A stretch of 46,332 nucleotides of DNA from Alcanivorax sp. (GTDB taxonomy: Bacteria; Pseudomonadota; Gammaproteobacteria; Pseudomonadales; Alcanivoracaceae). Location: the NCBI GenBank assembly GCA_033723495.1, contig JAWVWY010000001.1:1-46332 (forward strand), given 5' to 3'. Below the pieces are notes generated by a model. It was not told the DNA's origin, did no database searches, and saw only the letters and a list, made by a program, of their open reading frames with translations. Made by a program: the position numbers and the translations under genes. This document shows, in pieces, positions 1 to 9,200 of the stretch; positions within the stretch are counted from its first letter, which is position 1, and the number at the start of each line of letters is the position of its first letter.

Positions 1-1
1 G

Positions 2-859
2 GATGCCCTGCGCGATGTGGCTCGCCCGGGCATTTCCCGCCAGTGGCGGCTGTTCAGCTCCAGCCAGCCGATTGCCTGGAAAACCGGCACCAGCTACGGT
101 CTGCGCGATGCCTGGGCGATCGGCAGCAATGGCCGCTTTACGGTGGGGGTGTGGGCCGGTAACGGTAACGGCGAGCCGGCGCCGCACCTGAGCGGCGCCA
201 CCACCGCCGCGCCGCTGATGCTGGATGTGTTCAGCCTGCTCGGCGCCCGAGCCTGGCCGCAGGCGCCGCTGGCGGATCTGAAAACCGTCAAGGTGTGTGC
301 CGATGATGGCTATCTGGCCGCTGGCCTCTGTGCCACCGTGGACCGACTGGCGCCGTTGCACAGTCACTTTGAGACCGTCACCCCCAACCATGTACGCGTG
401 CATCTGGATGCCAACGGCCAGCGAGTGCATAGCCAGTGCCAGCCAGTCAGTCAGATGCAGCACCGCGACTGGTTTGTGCTGCCGCCGGCCCAGGCCTGGT
501 TCTATCAGCGTCGCCACCCGCAATACCGGCCGTTGCCGGCCTGGCGGGCGGATTGTGTGGCCGCTGCCCGCGCCATGAACGAGCGCCCGCCCATGGCGCT
601 GATCTACCCCCACGCGGGCAGCGCTCTCTATATCCCGGTGCAGCTCAATGGCCGCCGTGGTCGGGCGGTGCTCCGCGCCGTGCACCGGCGAGGCGATGCC
701 ACCGTATTCTGGCACCTGGATGACCGTTATCTGGGCAAGACCCGGCACTTCCATGAATGGGCCATTGCGGCAGCGCCGGGCTGGCACACCCTGACGCTGG
801 TGGACGACCAGGGTTTCCGCCTGGTGCGGCGCTTCAAGGTGCTGGGCGAGTCGCGCTAG
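2..859 (+). CDS. pbpC: Penicillin-binding protein 1C, C-terminal part (5' truncated by window edge)
   Basis: IAWKTGTSYGLRDAWAIG (transpeptidase KTG motif in PBP1C context); C-terminal BiPBP_C-like domain (VFWHLDDRYLG...GWHTLTLVDDQG). Confidence 0.9.
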   Translation, partial: DALRDVARPGISRQWRLFSSSQPIAWKTGTSYGLRDAWAIGSNGRFTVGVWAGNGNGEPAPHLSGATTAAPLMLDVFSLLGARAWPQAPLADLKTVKVCADDGYLAAGLCATVDRLAPLHSHFETVTPNHVRVHLDANGQRVHSQCQPVSQMQHRDWFVLPPAQAWFYQRRHPQYRPLPAWRADCVAAARAMNERPPMALIYPHAGSALYIPVQLNGRRGRAVLRAVHRRGDATVFWHLDDRYLGKTRHFHEWAIAAAPGWHTLTLVDDQGFRLVRRFKVLGESR

Positions 860-1755
860 CCTTTGGGCTTATGGTGGGCACGGAACTTCAGGTAGGCGTC
901 CACCACCATTTGTGGGTCTTCCATCTGCGGGTAGTGGCCGATGCCCTTGAGCAGGGTGATATCCGCATCGGGCACCAGATCCCGATAATGGCTGACCATA
1001 TGGCCGCCGGATACCGGGTCTTGCGGGCCATTGATCAGTTTCACCGGTAGCGGTGTATTGCACAGCGCGCCCACCCAGCGCTGGCGATGGCGACGGCGCT
1101 GGGGCATGTAGGTCAGCAATTTGGGTGTCACTGCCAGGCCGCCATTCTGGCTGGCCAGGGTATAGAAAGTGTCGATTTCCTCGTCACTGGGCGGGGTATC
1201 AGGGCCAAACACGGCGGTCAGGTTGGCGGCCAGCCGCTTCTTGCTGGTCAGCCTTGCCAGCAGCGGGCCGACCGGGCTAAGCAGTAATTTCTGAATCGGC
1301 AACGCCCGGTGGGTTTCCGGGATGATGCCGCCATTGAGAAAACAGACGCTGTGCAGTACCGGCATGGTTACTGCGGCATCCTTTTGCTGGCGCTCCAGAT
1401 GCCGTGCCAGCAGTTCCTGGGCCACGGTATCGCCATAATCGTGGGCCAGCACGTGATAGTCCTGCACGCCGGCTTGCTGCAGCCAGGCCTCGATAAGGTC
1501 CGCCTGGTCCTGAATGCGATAGGCAAAACGCTTGGGCTTGGCGGAATCGCCAAAGCCCAGCATGTCCAGGGTATAGAGCGCATAACGTTTGCCCAGCAGC
1601 GGCCAGACCTTGTTCCAGTCCCAGCTGGCGGTGGGAAAGCCATGAATCAGTAGCAGGGCAGGGCCCTGGGGATTGCCGCCCCGGCGAGTGAACACCGGCC
1701 AGCCCTGATAGTTGAACGTCTCGCCCTGCGCACGCCATGCCTGCAGTGAAATCAT
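856..1755 (-). CDS. Alpha/beta-fold hydrolase (epoxide hydrolase/MEST-like)
   Basis: HGFP oxyanion motif, AHDYG nucleophile elbow (Asp), GHYPQMEDP catalytic His; 4-bp convergent overlap with pbpC. Confidence 0.88.
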   Translation of the reverse strand: MISLQAWRAQGETFNYQGWPVFTRRGGNPQGPALLLIHGFPTASWDWNKVWPLLGKRYALYTLDMLGFGDSAKPKRFAYRIQDQADLIEAWLQQAGVQDYHVLAHDYGDTVAQELLARHLERQQKDAAVTMPVLHSVCFLNGGIIPETHRALPIQKLLLSPVGPLLARLTSKKRLAANLTAVFGPDTPPSDEEIDTFYTLASQNGGLAVTPKLLTYMPQRRRHRQRWVGALCNTPLPVKLINGPQDPVSGGHMVSHYRDLVPDADITLLKGIGHYPQMEDPQMVVDAYLKFRAHHKPKG

Positions 1756-1909
1756 AAAGGCCCTGCTACTTCGTTTGCGTTGGAATCCCAGCAGGGTAGC
1801 GTTAGCACCGGGGTAGGGGAAGTCTCAACAGGATTTGATCCGGGCGCTGGTGAGCGGGCAATCAATCTGTTAATAAAAGGGCACTACTGCAGCCATGGAG
1901 CGCTCAGGG

Positions 1910-4129
1910 ATGAAACAGACCCACTATCACACCTGCAATTTGTGCGAGGCCATGTGCGGCCTGGAGATCGAGCACCAGGGCGACGAAATTATCGCCATCC
2001 GTGGTGACAAGAACGATCCATTCAGCCGCGGACACATCTGCCCCAAGGCGGTGGCGCTGCAGGACATTCACCATGACCCGGATCGTCTGCGTCACCCGGT
2101 GAAGCGCACCGATGATGGCTGGCAGCCGATCAGCTGGGAGCAGGCACTGGACGAAACTGCCGAGCGCATTCATGCCCTGCAGGCCAAACATGGCCGCAAT
2201 AGCGTGGCCATGTACTTCGGTAACCCCACCGCCCATAACCACGGTGCCCTGTTGATGCTGGCACCCTTTATCAAGGCAGTGCATACCCGCAATCGCTTCA
2301 GTGCCACCTCCGCCGACCAGTTACCGCACCAGCTGGCCACCCTGCAGCTGTTCGGGCATCAGGCCCTGTTTCCTGTGCCTGATGTGGATCGCACCGATTA
2401 CTTTCTGGTGATTGGCGGCAACCCGCTGGCGTCCAATGGTTCGATCATGACGGTGCCGGATATCAAGGGCCGCCTGAAGGCATTGCAACGGCGTGGCGGC
2501 AAACTGGTGGTGGTGGACCCGCGTCGCACCGAAACCGCCCAGGTGGCCGATGCGCACCATTTTGTGCGGCCAGGCACTGATGTCTATCTGCTGCTGGCGC
2601 TGGTACAGGTGCTGTTTAACGAACAAAAGGTGGCGCTGGGACACCTGGCGGAGCTGGTCGATGGCGTGGATGAGCTGGCAGCCCTGGTGGCCGAGTGGCC
2701 GCCGGAAGTGGTGGCCGATAGCGTCGGCATGGAGGCCGAGGTGATTCGTCAGCTGGCCCGGGATATCGCCGACGCACCACGGGCGGCGGTGTATTCGCGG
2801 GTGGGCGTGACCACCAGTGCCCATGGCAGTCTGAGTGCCTGGCTGGTGTACGTGATCAATATCCTCACCGGCAACCTGGATCGCGAGGGGGGCCTGATGT
2901 TCACCAAGCCGGCCTTCGATATTGTCGCCATCAGTGGCGTCAGCGGAGATACCGGCGGTTTTGGTCGCTATCATAGTCGCGTACATAACTACCCGGAATT
3001 CGCCGGCGAATTTCCAGTCACCACCCTGGCCGATGAAATGCTGACCCCGGGTCAGGGACAGGTGAAGGGCTTTATCAGCCATGCCGGCAATCCGGTACTG
3101 TCATGCCCGGATGGGCAGCGTCTCGATCGGGCGCTGGCCGAACTGGAGTTCATGGTCAGCATTGATCTCTACATCAATGAAACCACCCGCCATGCGGATA
3201 TCATCCTGCCGCCCACCGGGCAGCTGGAACATGCCCAGTTCGATCCCATCTTTCAGGCGGTATCGGTACGCAATGTAGTCAAGTTCTCGCCGCCACTGTT
3301 CGCCAAACCGGATGGCGCGCTACACGACTGGGAAATCATGCAGGCGCTGATTTCCCGGCTGAATCGGCTCAACGCCAAGACCCACAGTCATCGCCTGCAG
3401 GCGAGGCTGCAGGACGGCTTCCTCAAGCGTATGGGGGACCGCGGGCTGATTGATCTGGGCCTGCGTCTGGGGCCCTATGGTAATGGTGGTCAGGCCCTTT
3501 CCCAACTCCGGGAAGAGGGGCTGCATACCTTGCCCAAGGTGGCCTGGAAGCTGCTGCGCGGCAAGGGGCCGGGCATGAAGCTGAAGACGCTGCTGAATTC
3601 ACCCCACGGCATTGATCTGGGGCCGCTGGTACCGATGCTGCCGGATCGCCTTTATACCGCCAACAAGCGTATCGCGCTGGTGTCCCCCCTGTACCGCGAT
3701 GCCCTGGCGCAGCTGACCCTGCCTGAACCGCTGGCAGACGGCCAGCTACTGATGATTGGCCGCCGTCATATCCGCAGTAATAACTCCTGGATGCACAACA
3801 GCCAGCGGCTGGTAAAGGGCAAGCGGCGCTGCAATGCCATGTTGCATCCGGACGATGCCCGGCGTCTCAAGCTTGAAGAAGGACAGATTATTACGGTGCG
3901 TTCGGCGACCGGTGCCATTGATCTGCCGCTGTGGATCAGTGAAGACATTATGCCCGGCGTTATTAGCGTGCCCCATGGCTGGGGGCACGATCGTGAAGGC
4001 GTGCTGCTGGATGTGGCGCGGTCCGTTGCCGGCGAGAGCATCAATGATGTGATCGGCAATGACCGGGTGGAAGCGGTGACCGCCATGGCACAGCTCAACG
4101 GTATTCCCGTGCAGGTCAGTGCCGCCTGA
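1910..4129 (+). CDS. Molybdopterin-dependent oxidoreductase (DMSO reductase superfamily, N-terminal 4Fe-4S)
   Basis: CNLCEAMCG...HICPK Fe-S motif, VVDPRRTETA, ADIILP, C-terminal molybdopterin-binding domain (LHPDDA...PHGWG). No Tat signal. Start 1910 chosen; 1895 is possible. Confidence 0.9.
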   Translation: MKQTHYHTCNLCEAMCGLEIEHQGDEIIAIRGDKNDPFSRGHICPKAVALQDIHHDPDRLRHPVKRTDDGWQPISWEQALDETAERIHALQAKHGRNSVAMYFGNPTAHNHGALLMLAPFIKAVHTRNRFSATSADQLPHQLATLQLFGHQALFPVPDVDRTDYFLVIGGNPLASNGSIMTVPDIKGRLKALQRRGGKLVVVDPRRTETAQVADAHHFVRPGTDVYLLLALVQVLFNEQKVALGHLAELVDGVDELAALVAEWPPEVVADSVGMEAEVIRQLARDIADAPRAAVYSRVGVTTSAHGSLSAWLVYVINILTGNLDREGGLMFTKPAFDIVAISGVSGDTGGFGRYHSRVHNYPEFAGEFPVTTLADEMLTPGQGQVKGFISHAGNPVLSCPDGQRLDRALAELEFMVSIDLYINETTRHADIILPPTGQLEHAQFDPIFQAVSVRNVVKFSPPLFAKPDGALHDWEIMQALISRLNRLNAKTHSHRLQARLQDGFLKRMGDRGLIDLGLRLGPYGNGGQALSQLREEGLHTLPKVAWKLLRGKGPGMKLKTLLNSPHGIDLGPLVPMLPDRLYTANKRIALVSPLYRDALAQLTLPEPLADGQLLMIGRRHIRSNNSWMHNSQRLVKGKRRCNAMLHPDDARRLKLEEGQIITVRSATGAIDLPLWISEDIMPGVISVPHGWGHDREGVLLDVARSVAGESINDVIGNDRVEAVTAMAQLNGIPVQVSAA

Positions 4130-4184
4130 GGGGGCTGCTGCCCTTGCCGGGGCCGCCCGCAGCCGCGAGAAAGGCCTTGAAACG

Positions 4185-4220
4185 GGTGCCATCCTCCCCG
4201 ACCTGGGTGGCACCTTTATA
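4185..4220 (+). terminator. Probable intrinsic terminator after the molybdopterin oxidoreductase gene
   Basis: GGTGCCATCC-N10-GGGTGGCACC stem (one G-U pair) followed by TTTATA and an AT/T-rich tract. Confidence 0.5.
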
Positions 4221-4402
4221 TAAAATTCTTTTTTTATCAATGTGTTGTATCAAGCGGGGCAGTTAACCGCTTTCTCCCCCTGTTTTAATGACATTATTTG
4301 CATTAGCCTTGAGTCCGCCAACAGGTCAAAGTGGTTTATATGGCGCCTTGCCATCGGGGTGTCAGCTGGCTTTCGGTCGGGTGCGTTGTTCGTAACAACA
4401 AG

Positions 4403-4588
4403 GGCAAGGATGCCACGTCATCGCTTCACAAGGCGCATTCTCTCCTGCTTGTTCCCCAAATCCCCACCGTATTCCGGGTGTGATCCGTCCGGGACCGTAT
4501 CACTACGGGCCTGATCCACTTTCCTGTTCTGTGCAGAAGCGCGGGTGCGCGGATGCGATGACTAAACACAGGATGATAAGGAATCACC
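4403..4588 (+). promoter_or_regulatory. Candidate CsrA/RsmA-binding GGA array in the 5' leader of the collar/adhesin operon
   Basis: GGCA-AGGA-TGCC hairpin (4403-4414), CGC-GGAT-GCG (4548-4557), ACAGGATG (about 4568-4575) and AAGGA in the RBS (about 4578-4582). Confidence 0.4.
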
Positions 4589-5098
4589 ATGGAACCGTAC
4601 CTCGGTGAAATTCGCTTGTTCGGGGGGAACTTCGCCCCATCTGGCTGGGCGTTCTGCAATGGCCAGCAATTACCGGTTGCACAATACAGTGCCCTGTTCT
4701 CGTTGATTGGCACTTCCTATGGCGGTGACGGTCGCAACACCTTTTGTCTGCCGGACCTGCGTGGCCGGCTGCCGCTGCATATGGGCAGCAATCTCGGTGA
4801 GTCGTTTGCGCTCGGCGAACGGGGCGGCGAAGAAACGGTGCCATTGCTGGAGAGCCAGCTGCCCCGGCACAGCCACGGGCCACTGGCCGAGGCTGAAGCC
4901 GGCGACCTGTCCAGCCCGGCGAAAGCCGTCTGGGCGCAACCCGGCGCGGATGCTTATTCCACTACCGCGCCGGATACCACCATGGCGGCCCAGGCCGTGT
5001 CGCCTGCGGGCGCAGGCCAGCCCCACCAGAACATGATGCCCAGCAAGGCCCTGAGTTTCATTATCTGCCTCGCCGGCATCTACCCCAGCTCGAACTAA
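4589..5098 (+). CDS. Phage tail collar domain protein (MdpB/COG4675-type), single domain
   Basis: YLGEIRLFGGNFAPSGWAFCNGQ...LFSLIGTSYGGDG...LPDLRGR, LPRHSH, PHQNMMP...FIICLAGIYP; RBS AAGGA upstream. Confidence 0.9.
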   Translation: MEPYLGEIRLFGGNFAPSGWAFCNGQQLPVAQYSALFSLIGTSYGGDGRNTFCLPDLRGRLPLHMGSNLGESFALGERGGEETVPLLESQLPRHSHGPLAEAEAGDLSSPAKAVWAQPGADAYSTTAPDTTMAAQAVSPAGAGQPHQNMMPSKALSFIICLAGIYPSSN

Positions 5099-5110
5099 GG
5101 AGTCACTGTC

Positions 5111-6163
5111 ATGGAAGAAGCCTTCATCGGCGAACTTCGCCTCTTCGCGTTTCATACCGTTCCCAGGGGCTGGATGGCCTGTAATGGTCAGCTCCTGACT
5201 ATCAACCAGTATCAGGCACTGTTTAGCCTGCTGGGCACCACCTATGGCGGCGATGGCATTAGCACCTTCGCGTTGCCGAACCTTCAGGGGCGTGTTCCGG
5301 TTCATACCGGGACGGAGCATGGCATGCTGCTGGGACAGAGTGCCGGGGCAATGACCCACACCTTGACCGGCAACGAGATGCCCCGGCATAGCCATCAGGT
5401 GATGGCGGATTCCGCCGCCGCCACCAGCGCCGAGCCGGGCAATGGCCTGTGGGCGGCCAGCGCGTCTTCGCCTTATGCCAAGCCGGCGGATAACAACCCG
5501 GTGACCATGGCATCGGCTGCCATCGCCGATGCCGGCAGCGATCAACCCCACAACAACATGCAGCCTTACCTGGTTACCAACTTCTGCATCGCGGTTGACG
5601 GCATTTTTCCCTCCCAGAGTGGTTCCCAGGATGCCGGTGCCTTTCTGGGGGAAACCCGATTGTTCGCAGGCAAATTCGCGCCCGGCGGTTGGTCGTTCTG
5701 CAATGGCGAATTGCTGCCTATCGCGCAAAATACGGCGCTGTTTTCCCTGCTGGGCACGACCTATGGCGGTGATGGCCGCAACACTTTTGCACTGCCGGAT
5801 TTGCGTGGCCAGGCGCCCATGCACTGGGGCACCGGCCCGGGCCTGACGACAAGAACGCTGGGCGACAAGGTCGGCGTCGATGCGGTGCCTCTGCAGGTCG
5901 CCGAGATGGCCGCCCATGGGCATCAGGCCAGAGCGGTCAGTGGTCCGGCGGAGACCGGGCAGGGGCCAGAGAATGCCTGTTGGGCGCAGAGCAAACTGGG
6001 TCGGCAGACGGCTGAACTGTACGGCAGCGGCAGCACGCCGACGGCGATGTCGGAGCAGGCGCTGTCTGCAGCGGGGCAGGGGGCGCCCCATAACAATATG
6101 CAGCCATATCTGGTGCTGAATTTCATTACTTCCCTGACGGGGCTTTATCCGCCCCGCTCCTGA
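5111..6163 (+). CDS. Tandem double phage tail collar (MdpB-type) protein
   Basis: Two complete collar/MdpB units (FIGELRLF...GIFPS and FLGETRLF...GLYPPRS) joined in frame by the linker SQSGSQDAG; RBS AAGGAG. Confidence 0.9.
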   Translation: MEEAFIGELRLFAFHTVPRGWMACNGQLLTINQYQALFSLLGTTYGGDGISTFALPNLQGRVPVHTGTEHGMLLGQSAGAMTHTLTGNEMPRHSHQVMADSAAATSAEPGNGLWAASASSPYAKPADNNPVTMASAAIADAGSDQPHNNMQPYLVTNFCIAVDGIFPSQSGSQDAGAFLGETRLFAGKFAPGGWSFCNGELLPIAQNTALFSLLGTTYGGDGRNTFALPDLRGQAPMHWGTGPGLTTRTLGDKVGVDAVPLQVAEMAAHGHQARAVSGPAETGQGPENACWAQSKLGRQTAELYGSGSTPTAMSEQALSAAGQGAPHNNMQPYLVLNFITSLTGLYPPRS

Positions 6164-6174
6164 CCGTGGTGAAG

Positions 6175-6198
6175 GCAGGCGGGTTGCCACCCGCCTGC
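6175..6198 (+). other. Intercistronic stem-loop without U-tract
   Basis: GCAGGCGGGT-tgcc-ACCCGCCTGC, a perfect 10-bp stem between the collar genes and the adhesin gene. Confidence 0.7.
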
Positions 6199-6259
6199 AA
6201 TATGTCGAGACCGGTGGCTCGGCCAGGATTGCAACCTAGGCGTTAAAGAGAGAAAAACC

Positions 6260-9200
6260 ATGAACAAAGTGATCTGTCGATTGGGCTTGCTGCTGGGGAT
6301 GCTGCTGGCCTTTGGTTCTGCGCAGGCCTTGACCAGTGCCGACAGCCAGGATTTCGAGAGCGTTGCCGATGGCACGACTTACAGCAGCCCGGCGACGATT
6401 GGCAGCTTCACTTTCTACAGTAACAGTAGTGGTCAGCCGGCCAACCAGAAGTTTGCAGTCGGCAGCTTTTTTACCCATGTCGGTAACGTGGGGCTCTACG
6501 CGGCGAGTTGTTGTGTGGGGGATGTCACTGAGGTTCGGATCGTCGGCGCCAGTACCTTCAAACTCAACTCCATCTGGTTGGGCCCTGGCGCCGGTAATTC
6601 GGCTGCTGTTCTGCACGCCTACAAAGGGGGCGTTCAAACCGGCCTCGGACGGTCGGTGACCCTGAGCGATTCCAGCATCGATACCAGCGGCTACAGCGAA
6701 TTCCAGGATATCGATGAACTTCGTATCACCGGCGCCGACCTGGATCTGCTGGTGGACAACATCATGGTTGCTGCGCCGGCGACCTCCGATAGTGACGGTA
6801 ACCTGACTGCCGGGGGCGGCAGTGAACCCGGCAGCATCGATACCGCCGCCGGTGCCAGCGCGGCACTGGATTTCACTCTGCGAGACGGTGGCACGTCCGA
6901 CGGCGCAGCCATGACCGTGTCGCAGGTCAAGGTGCATGTTTCCGGTACCAGTACCGCGACCGAGCGCACCAATACCGCCTGGACCCTGACGGGACCGGAT
7001 ATCAGCGGCTCCGTGACCGGCAGCTACAGTGGTGGTGTGGTGACCTTCTCTGGATTGCCGATCAGTGTCGCCGACGGCGCCAGCGAGACCTATACGGTCA
7101 ACGCCAATTTGAGCCATAGTGGCCTGACCGAAGGCCATACCTTTGTTCTCAGCCTGGACGGCGATACCGACCTGACCACAGGAAGCGCCGGTACCCAGAT
7201 GGGAACCACTTCGGCCGTCAGCAACGGCGCGGGCTTCGCCACCAGCGTCACCGCCACAAGTCTAGCCTTTACCACGGAGCCGGCCGGCTCCGTGTCCGGC
7301 AGCGCCCTGACCACCCAGCCAGTGGTCGTGGCAGAGGATGCATTTGCTAATGCCGACCGCGATTTTAGCGCCAATGTCAGCCTCAGCGAGGCCAGCGCGG
7401 GCACCTTGAGCGGCACTACCACGGTGGCGGCCAGCAGTGGCGTGGCCACTTTCACCAATGTGGCCTACACCGCCTCCGCCGACCAGGAAGCCTTTACCCT
7501 CAGTGCCGTCGCCAGCGGCCTGACCAGCGCTACCGCCAGCAGTGTGACCTCTGACGTGGTGGCCACCCAGCTGATGTTCAGTACCCAGCCGGCCCCCACC
7601 AGCATCAGCAGTGGTGCATCCAGCAACTTCACCACCGCACCGGTGGTCAGGGCGGTGGATGCCAACAACACCGTTGATACCGGCTACAGCAGCGATATGG
7701 TGATGTCGGTGACCAACACCTCCGGAGGGGCGCCCACCGGCACCGTCAACAGCCTGACCGGCACCGGGGATACCGATGGCAGTGGCACCACCGTCACCCT
7801 GATCCCAAGCAGCGGTAGTGCCACCTTCAACGGTTTGGCCCTGCAATATACCAACGGCGGCAGCACCGACAGCATCGTCCTGCATACGGCATCCGTTGGC
7901 CTGACCACCGCCAATAGCACCACCATCACGTCGACCTCCGTGCCGAATGTGACAGACGGCAATATCTCTATCTCCGGCGCCAGCGGTATTGGCGGGGCCT
8001 ACAAGATCGGCGATGTGGTGACCGCCACCTGGAACAACACCGCCAGTGGCGACAACAACAGCGGTATTACCGGCGTTAGCGTGGACTTCAGCCAGTTTGG
8101 CGGCGCTAGCAGCGTGGCCGCCAGCAATAGCAGTGGTAGCTGGACGGCGACTTATGTCATCACCGCCGGCAGCATCGACGCCACTAACCGCAACGTCAGT
8201 GTCTCTGCCACCAACGCCAACGGCACCAGTACCACCTCGGATACCAGCAACGCCAGCGTTGACAACATCGCGCCTACCGTTACCGATGGCAACATCAGTA
8301 TCAGTGGCGCCAGCGGCAGCGGCGGGACCTATATCATTGGTGACACTGTCACCGTCAGTTGGGACAACACCGGGGCTGGTGACAACAACAGTGACACCCT
8401 GGCTGGCGTCACGGTTGACTTCAGCCAGTTCGGCGGTGGTGCCAGCGTGGTTGCCAGCAACAGTGCCGGCACCTGGACGGCGACCTATACCCTGACAGCC
8501 GGCAGTGTGCAGGCCAGCAACCGCAATGTGTCGGTGACCGCCACGGATAACGCTGGTAACTCCACCACCACGGCGGACACCAGCAACGCCTCGGTGGACA
8601 ACACGGCGCCGGCTGCGCCCTCAACACCGGATCTGGCTGCCAGTTCCGATAGCGGTGCCAGCAACACGGATAACATCACCAACGACAGCACCCCGACCTT
8701 TACCGGCACGGCGGATGCAAACAGCTCCGTTACGGTGATCAGTTCGGTAGATGGCGATCTGGGCACCACCACCGCTGATGCTGCGGGCAACTGGAGCTTT
8801 ACGCCGGGCGCGGTGCTCTCCCCGGGTAGCCACGATATAACCGCGACCGCCACGGACACGGTCGGTAATACCGGTGCGGCGTCCGCCGCGCTGTCGATCA
8901 CCATCGATAGCAGTGCGCCTGCGGGGTACGGCCTGGCGGTGTCTCCCAGCCCGGTGAACCTCAGTAATCAGAACGCGATCACCGTTACCTTCAGCGGTGC
9001 CGAACTGGCCAGCAGCTATCAACTGACCATCAGCAGCAGTGGTGGTGGTACGCCGGTAACCCGCAGTGGCACCGTCACGTCGGCAAATATGGCGATCATC
9101 GGGCTGGATCTCAGTGGCTTGGCAGATGGCACCGTGCAAGCCAGCCTGACCCTGACCGATAGCGCGGGTAACACTGGCAGCAGCGCCTCCGACACGGCAC

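Noticed and set aside
1826-1871. FNR-like half sites TTGAT and ATCAA upstream of the molybdoenzyme
   Set aside because: Spacing is far longer than TTGAT-N4-ATCAA.
1910-4129. Molybdoenzyme as the selenate reductase serving the Se operon
   Set aside because: It lies over 23 kb away with unrelated genes between and lacks the Tat signal and partner subunits of known selenate reductases; no sequence support.
4130-4588. c-di-GMP or other riboswitch upstream of the adhesin operon
   Set aside because: I could not find the GEMM consensus elements by eye; an Infernal/Rfam scan would be needed.
4589-6163. Prophage or tailocin remnant suggested by tail-collar genes
   Set aside because: No other phage structural, lysis or integration genes; the ORFs are intact with good RBSs and sit in an operon-like arrangement with a cellular adhesin.
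4670-6190. 506-aa antisense ORF over the collar genes
   Set aside because: Shadow ORF typical of high-GC coding DNA; no recognisable motifs, while the + strand has clear domains.
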